Positions 56,913 to 64,000 of a stretch of DNA of 64,000 bases are shown here, in pieces. A model generated the notes under the pieces. That model was not told where the DNA came from. It did no database searches and was given only the letters and a program-made list of their open reading frames with translations. Each line of letters begins with the position of its first letter. The stretch's first letter is position 1. The position numbers were made by a program, and so were the translations under genes. This stretch comes from Diplonema japonicum (lineage: Eukaryota > Protista > Euglenozoa: Diplonemea), in the NCBI GenBank assembly GCA_964019335.1, contig OZ025689.1:248001-312000 (forward strand), written 5' to 3'.

Positions 56913-59900
56913 CTACATATCCTCAAATGCATCTACCTCTGACATCTCGCTCAGCATCTGCCGCGCCTGCACCTCACCCATCAGCCCGTCGGCTACATTC
57001 GCCGCAACGCCCGCCAATGCTGTGGCATCGACAGTTGGGTACGAAGCCCGGAAGCTCTCCTTAATGGCCTGGAGGTTTGGCGACGCAGGTGGTGGTGGTT
57101 GGAAGGTAGGTTTGTACGTGGGTGATGCTGAGGTGTACCTTTTAGGGGACTGCGACTGCGATGTTGCACGCCACTCGGCGGCAGTGGCCCTAGCCTCCGC
57201 TTCTTCGACACCTTTTCTAAAGACCTTGCTGCTGAACCAGTCAGGGATGTCCCCGATAATTTCTAATCTGAAGCCATTAGCACCCACCCAAAGCTCGCCC
57301 CTATTGTCCGACACCACTACTTCTTCAGGCCTATCCGCCCATCGCAACCTTAGTTCCAAGCCTTGTGGCCTGTCGTCTTTGCCATCTTGCTCAATGTCCA
57401 GCGCCCAGTACCCTTCCTTCTCCTCCATCACAAACGTCCCGTCATTGTTCAACGTGAGCGACGTCGCACTGCCCCATTCTTCGTGCTCCGCCTTAAAAGT
57501 CGCCTGCTGCCCGCTCTTGATGATCATGTCTTGGTTCTCCAACCTTGATTGGTACACAGCTGATGTCTCTTGTATCTGATGCTCCAGCTTTGCAATGTGC
57601 TTCTGTAGTCTCAACACCTCTTCACTGCTCTCTTGCGTTTGTTGTGATGCCACCCTCGCCTCGCGTAAGGCTGCTGTTGCGTTGTTCTCCAACACTGCCG
57701 CTGCGTTTTCCGCAGCGGTTGTCCTCTCAAGAAGTTTGGCGTGCTCATGACTTGTAGGGCGACCTTCAAGAGTCTTGCAGTGTGCGTCGGCCTCTGCGAC
57801 CATGGCCCTCAAGGACGCAGCTTCCATGTCAAGTCTCAAATTTGTTGCAAGAGCATCTTCGAGCTTTAACCTAGTGGCCTCCGCTTCAGCATTGGCATCT
57901 ACAGTGTCTGCTTGCATGCCCGACATGACCTCCTGCTGGAGCCTCCGTGCAGCTTGGTATACCTCGCACTGCTGGCAATCCTTTTCGACAGGCACCACCT
58001 TCAGGTTGAGCTCCTCTTGCAACGCTTCGCTCTTCGCCTTGTATTGCCCCAGCATTCGCATAGTCTCGATGTTCTTGGTCACTGACTCCTCAAGCTCCGT
58101 CTCCGCCCGCAGGTACCTGCTGCGTGCCTTGTCTACTTCTTCATGCAGGCTCATCACGTCGCTTTGCAAAGCTGCTTCCTGTTCTTCGGTTTTTCTCGTT
58201 TTCTCGTCAACCACCGCAAACCTGGCTTGCAGAGAGGTCACCTGACCCGAGAGGTTGTCCCGTTCGGTAATCAGTTTCTTCTGCAACAATGACGTGTGCA
58301 ATGCATCGCTTGAGAGCTCTTTTTTCAGTTCTTCAACCTCTTGCTGCAGTGTCTTTCGTGACGCCATCACTTCTTCCATTTCATTCTTTGCGATGAGGTT
58401 CGACTCTTTACTCGCCAGCATGTACTGCTCGAGGTCTTCGCGGCGCGCTCTCTCCTGACGCAGTTCCTTTTTCACCGAGTCAAGTTCTACCTGTGCCTGG
58501 AGCGCAGTGTTGTTCTTAGAAGCAGTTGTTTCGCGCAACTTGTGCATCTCTACCGCATAAAGTCTCTCAGTCTCGTGCCGTCTGTTCGCTTCAGCTGACT
58601 GCACTGACACAGCAGCCTCCAAGCTCGCCGCAGCTTGTTGCATCTGCGCACGAGACTTAGAAGCCTCTTCAGAGAGGCGCTCGATGCGTGTCTTGTTGTC
58701 TTGGATAGTGCTCTTTAACTTTTCACGTTCAATTTCATGGATTCTAGTGGCCTCCTCAAGCTGTACCTGTAGTTTCTGGGAGCTCTCTTTGAACCGGTAA
58801 GCCTCTGTTTCGTAGTGTTGCGCCTCGTGTTTGGCTACAGCAACTTCGTTCCGTGCCGCTTGCAGCTCTGTGTTGGCAGCCTCATGCTGCTCTTTGATCC
58901 ACGAGCTTTCATTATTTTGCAACTGCACATTTGCAACATCCGCTGTGAGGTCCTTCACCCTGTCCTCGAGTGTGTCGTTCAACTGTGTCTTCGCTTGAAG
59001 GGCTGCTTGTGTCGTGTGGCAAGCTTCTGAGAGTCTATCAAGCTCCAGACCAGATTTCCTCAAGGCATTTTTCAACTGTGTCTCCCTCTCCATGTAGATT
59101 TTGACCCTCTGTTCCAACTTCGACAGCTCGGTACTCTCGGTGCTTCTCAGAGTAGCTTCGTTCTTCCACAACGCTGCTTCTGCCGCTTTGGCATTGAGTT
59201 CCTGTTTCAGAGCTTCGAGCTCTCCTTGGCTGGCAGGGTCTTCTGTTGTGTTGCACTCGGCATCGAGAGTCTCAGGTATCTTCTTTGTGGTTCTCTTCAG
59301 TTCTTCAATCTCTACAGTGAGGCTGTCGGCAGTACTGCGCTGTGTCTCGTACAAGCCCTGCAAGTGCGCAACCTGCGACTGATACTTTGAGGTTTCTTCA
59401 ACGAGCGCATGTTTCTGTCAAGCATTGTCGTCGCTGGTGAATACATACTTGAAATTTGTAGTCCTCCACTTCTCGCTCTAAGTGGCCAATGGACCTTTCG
59501 TAATCCTTGTCCGCTGCTGCAGCTGCTTCTAGCTTCTCTTGGAGCTCTGCAAGCTCTGTACGAAGCGCTGCATTGCTTTCCTGCAGCTGCCCTCTCTATT
59601 GTATGTTGTGGTGGGCGATTAGACACACCTCTTGAAGCACGCTCTGTTGGGTCAGCTCAAGCTCCCGGACCCTCTCATCCTTCTCTGCCAATAGGTTGTC
59701 GGAAGTCTCCTTCGACGACACAAGATCATCAATTATCTTCTGCGAGATGGCAGACTGTTCATCCGTGTGGTCGGCTTCCTGCTGAGAGGTTGATTTGCCA
59801 AGACCCTCATACCTCTTTGTGCTTCTGGGTGAGTGTGTCGATTGTTGCCTTGTACTCTTCGAGTGTGCCTTCGACATGACAGTGTGACTCACGTTCTTCA

Positions 59901-59976
59901 CGCAGTGAGTTGTAATGCAACAGCGAGAGCTGCAATGCTGAATGGTGTTGTTCTGTCGTGGCTTCCAGTAGCTGTC

Positions 59977-60018
<42 letters not shown>

Positions 60019-60887
60019 CTTCCCCACTAAAATGAGTAGCCACTAAGACAGGTGAGGTTTTTTATTGTTGTTGTTGTCATTACCTCAGTGAATGTTTCAG
60101 ATTGCAGCTCGCTTCGTGCGCTAAGCTCGGAACGTTGAAGCCGTTCATTTTGAAGCCCAAAATCAAGAGCTGAACTCTGTGTCGCGACCTGGCTCCGCAC
60201 CCTCTCTAGTTCCATGACATGTGCTTGGTTTGCATTCTCTAGTTCAACGCTTGCCCGTTCCTGCTTTCTTTGAGCTTCCTCTTTCGCACTCTCACTGCTC
60301 TTGACACGCTCCCTCGCCTGCTGCAGCTGCTGCCGTGTAGACTGGATGATCTTCGCCGCCTCATTCAACTGCTCCTGTATGTCTGTTGTCGCTGCAACCT
60401 TTGTCGTTGCTGTGGACAGTTCTGCGGACCTGCTGTCGAGGTCTTGCTTGTATCTTTCTGCAGTTGATGTTTGCTCCTCCAGCTGCCTCATGAGCGAAGC
60501 CACTTGGAGCCGCTGCAGCAACGCATCAGCCTTATGCACTGGACCGTTCTTGTACATGTCCACAAGAGAAGCGTGAATGCCTTCCACTAACCTCCATGTG
60601 TGTCTATGTGACACAAGAAGCATGGTAGCTATGGTGCCGATACTGCCTGTAGCAGCTGTGCTAGTGCTGATAGACGGGGTTGAGATCTGCACGTTGTGGT
60701 TCAAGGCCCCCTGGTTCAGCTGCATGAGACACGCCGCCGCACGGGCCGAGTCCTCGCTCCTGAAAGATATGCGGGCCAACCCGTCCACCATTCTGATGTC
60801 AACATCGCGCACAGGTGCGAGCAACGCCTGCAGCTCACCCACACCCCATCCTTGTGGGAGGCTTATTTCCAACTGCGGGCCGTCCAT
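56913..60887 (-). CDS. Large coiled-coil protein with N-terminal RRM-like segment, 5 exons
   Basis: GT-AG introns 59972-60083, 59779-59812, 59596-59628 and 59415-59448 join four ORF-track fragments into one heptad-rich frame. Confidence 0.8.
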
Positions 60888-61174
60888 CTCATCTTACTCT
60901 TTAACACCTGTAGAGGTAATCAAGTCTTCACAAGCAAAAACAAGGTAGAAATGAGCTCAATGGGTTAGCTGGCACATAACTCTGATGAAAAAGCTGCGAC
61001 ATCACACATCGAGCCTTTCACAAATCTGATGACAAAGTGTGATGAGTTCCCTGCGAGTGGTTACAATGTCCTTTTTTTTTTAAGATACTTTCGCTTTGCA
61101 CGCACGGCGTCGGCTTCGGGTCCGTCAGCCTGGACAGAATCAAGAAAGATAAGTTGGCGAGTAACCTTCGTGTC

Positions 61175-62948
61175 TTACATTCGTTGTGGGCATACCATTT
61201 CGTTGATTCGCATCTTATCTGCAGATGCGGGTGCCTCAAGGTACTTTACCAAATCGTCTTGCAGGGTCATGATCTCAGACTCAGCCACTGCAAGCATTTG
61301 CATTGCCTCAGAGTCCATGCCATGGTCCTCGAAGACCTCGTCCCCATCTGCGTCTTCGTCGCCCACAAGCCCTTCAGCCATACCGCCTTCCTGCAGCCTC
61401 CTCATCATGTCTAGAAGCTCTTGCGGTATTTCTGCACCTGCACCTTCAATTCCCTCCACACCTTCATTCTCACCTTCCTCAAAGGCCTCCTGTGGCAGCA
61501 CCTCAACCCTGCCCATATGCGCTGAAGCATCACATTGCGCATGGTGGACGAATGCGGCACTCCTTGCAAGCGCGGGAAGCTCCGCCACCGGTACAAGTGA
61601 TCCGTCTTCGTGGGCATTCTTCACCTTCAATGCAATACCGATGAGCCATTTGATTGTCGGGCCTCCCCACAGTTCTGCACTTCGTGTCACATACAGGTTC
61701 ACAAGCCCTTCAACCGTGGGCGCCTGATCGGGAAGCGTTGTAGTCAGCAGCTCCTCTGCACCTGTCTCCCCCATGGCCTTCACAGCATTGATGATCTGCG
61801 GCACTGCATGGGGATACCACCTTACCGCATCTGTCAGCAGACGGTCAGCTCTTGCGTCTTTGTTGAACTTTGCCGACAGCGCGACACCGAACTTGAAACA
61901 AGGTATCTTCGAGGTGTGCTGCATCCACTCGCGGTGCTCCGCCATCTCCTTCTGCAGGTCCATGAACCACTGCCATTGCCCAGACTTCACGGCGCAGTAG
62001 TCAAGGAGCAATAGTGCATGGCAGGGGTCGTTCTCATTGAAGTTGAAGAGCATCTTAAGCCACTCCAGGGCGGTTCTGTGACAGCCTCTTTTGATCATGC
62101 TCTGCACTTTTACCTGAATGGTAAGGAAGAGGTCTTTATTGGCCCCTTCGAAGGGCATCGATCTGACGGAGAAAGGCGCCGTCCATGAGAAGTCGGGCGG
62201 GGCTGAAAGGGATGCGGTATACAAGGCCTGATCGATCATCGCGGCACCTTCGGAGAACTCGCCCATCTGGCAGACGATCTCGTTGTATTTGAGTAGAGTT
62301 GGAATGTAGTAAGGATATTTGTAGAGGAGGGCGTCAAAGGCTTGAAGGCGCATCGAGTTCACGGCTTGCTTCAGCAACGAAGCTGCTTTGAGGCAGTCAT
62401 CAGACTCCACGAGGTGCCACTTGGGCATCTCCCCGCCTGTCGACGTCATTGAATATCCATGGTTCTGATACCTAGGCCATGTGTCTTGATCAGGCTTTGC
62501 AAGAAGTGTTTCTCTGAAACGTAAAGCCTTCTTGGGCGCCTGGGGTCCGTAGCCGTGTTGCCTGTTGCGTTGTCTTCGGTTGTCGGCGTTCGCCTCGCGC
62601 CTCTCATGAGCAATGGCTGCTGTCCCGAACATTTTCTTCAACTCTTCGTCCGGATTCAAAGCACCTCCGGTGCACGTCATGAGCTTCGCTAGTTCGGAGT
62701 TCACCCTCTCTTCTTTTGCAAGTTCCTTCTTGTTTTTTCCTTTGTTCAGCTTCTTGGTATGCTCCATCAGTATTGCGTCAATGTCTTCTGACTCCGACGA
62801 CTCTTTTACTTCCTCCTTCACTTGCTGCTTCTTTTTTTTCTTTTTGCTTTGCCGTGTGGGCTGCGTGTTGACGTGTTTGGCGGCAACCTCCGGTTCATTG
62901 CCCTCTCGTGCTTTCTTCTGTTTCTTCTTCTCGTTTTTTCGATTTTCT

Positions 62949-62985
<37 letters not shown>

Positions 62986-63192
62986 TCTTCTTCCCTCTTC
63001 TTCTTCATCTTCTTATTTCACTATTCCTACATACGTGATGTCGCCTTGATCATCGAAGGCCCCGTCACACCATCTTCCTCGCTTTCGCTAGCCCTGCATG
63101 AAAGAAGGGTAAACAAGTGTTCTTTCCTGTTTTAGTACATACCTTCCTCCCAGCAGATCGTTTCCATGAAGTTTCTTGAGTAACCGTGACAT
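61175..63192 (-). CDS. TCF25: TCF25/Rqc1 ribosome quality-control factor
   Basis: KYPYYIPTLL, NKDLFL...KRGCHRTALEWLKMLFNFN.NDP..ALLLLDYCAVKS. Start MSRLLKKL. Introns 63094-63142 and (tentative) 62947-63034. Confidence 0.85.
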
Positions 63193-63313
63193 TTTTTTTT
63201 TTTTTTTTTTTTTTAGCCTTCCTATCGAAGTAACAAATGGGAAAGAAAGAATGGTCTTTCCTAGAGAAAACTGGAGCAGAAGCCCCCCTTTTCCGGTCTT
63301 TATACAAAATAAT

Positions 63314-64000
63314 TTAAACGCTCTTCTGGAAAGTAATGAGCTCGTGATACTCCTCGAAGAGGGTTACAGCTTCTTGGACGGAGAGGAGCGTCGACAAAGT
63401 GACGCCGTGTTGTTGCACTATAGGGATGAGGATACTTGGTTTGAGTTTGATGAGGGCGGTCTCATATGTCGCACTGAAAAGGGAACTAAAACTTGGCGGT
63501 TGACGGGAATCGAACACACGCATGATTTGCTTGATGATAGGAGTCGGTAAATTGAACTCCTTCCGCTTCTGGTCGTGGGTGCGTTGAGGAGCGGTGTAGA
63601 CCGAAGCAAGGCCCGCTTTAAGTGCTTTGAGGGAAAGAATGATACGGCCGCCTTCATGAGCCGGTCCTGCTGCCTCGAGCGTGGATTGAACCTCAAGAGC
63701 TCTGTTGATCATGTGAGTGAATTCGAAAGTGCTCAGTTCACGATCGTTGACCCTTATAAGATTGTAGTGGGGAGCAACAACCTTTTCTGTTTTGATACAT
63801 GCAGCTAGGGTGGTGTGGTTCGCTGCGATGGTGTTCTCCATATCGTTGTCCTTCTTCGAGTACGCTCTGATCTGGTTTGTCGTCTTGTAGTGCGGGTACA
63901 CGAAATTCAGAAACTCGTTGATGGAGATTGACTGATCCCGCTTCCCTTCCTCGCCGTCCATGTATTTGAACTTTTCGACAAGCGTCGCAGCGACTTGCGG
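63314..64000 (-). CDS. Hypothetical protein with EF-hand-like motif, 5' part outside window
   Basis: FKYMDGEEGKRDQSISINEFLNFV; frame open to the window end. Confidence 0.6.
   Translation of the reverse strand, partial: PQVAATLVEKFKYMDGEEGKRDQSISINEFLNFVYPHYKTTNQIRAYSKKDNDMENTIAANHTTLAACIKTEKVVAPHYNLIRVNDRELSTFEFTHMINRALEVQSTLEAAGPAHEGGRIILSLKALKAGLASVYTAPQRTHDQKRKEFNLPTPIIKQIMRVFDSRQPPSFSSLFSATYETALIKLKPSILIPIVQQHGVTLSTLLSVQEAVTLFEEYHELITFQKSV

Overview
Eukaryotic nuclear DNA, most consistent with a euglenozoan protist, probably a diplonemid (inference). All ~21 credible protein genes lie on the minus strand in one directional cluster. Most have a pyrimidine-rich AG acceptor just upstream of the ATG (SL trans-splicing-like), and genes also carry many very short GT-AG cis-introns (32-152 nt). 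Contents: three tandem Dispatched/Patched-type RND/sterol-sensing proteins with very different Cys-rich or mucin-like ectodomains (one is a half-transporter ending in a ~2.9 kb 42-bp repeat); three alternative oxidases; two TPT/nucleotide-sugar (DMT) transporters; a CFAP221-like protein; an ATRX/RAD54L2-type SNF2 ATPase; two DHHC palmitoyltransferases; a UBE2Q-type E2; a B-box/UVR protein; a long coiled-coil protein; TCF25/Rqc1; and several hypotheticals. Non-coding: an intronic tRNA-Val(CAC) with C33, a degenerate pogo/Tigger transposon, two MITEs (one flanked by a duplicated telomere-type CCCTAACC) and a duplicated ~270-bp element. Most notable: (1) many cis-introns have a poly(A)/purine tract where a polypyrimidine tract is expected, while putative trans-splice acceptors are pyrimidine-rich; (2) three of the four tandem gene families are patchworks of identical blocks with sharp edges; (3) the modular Dispatched array. 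All annotation is by eye; no searches were run.
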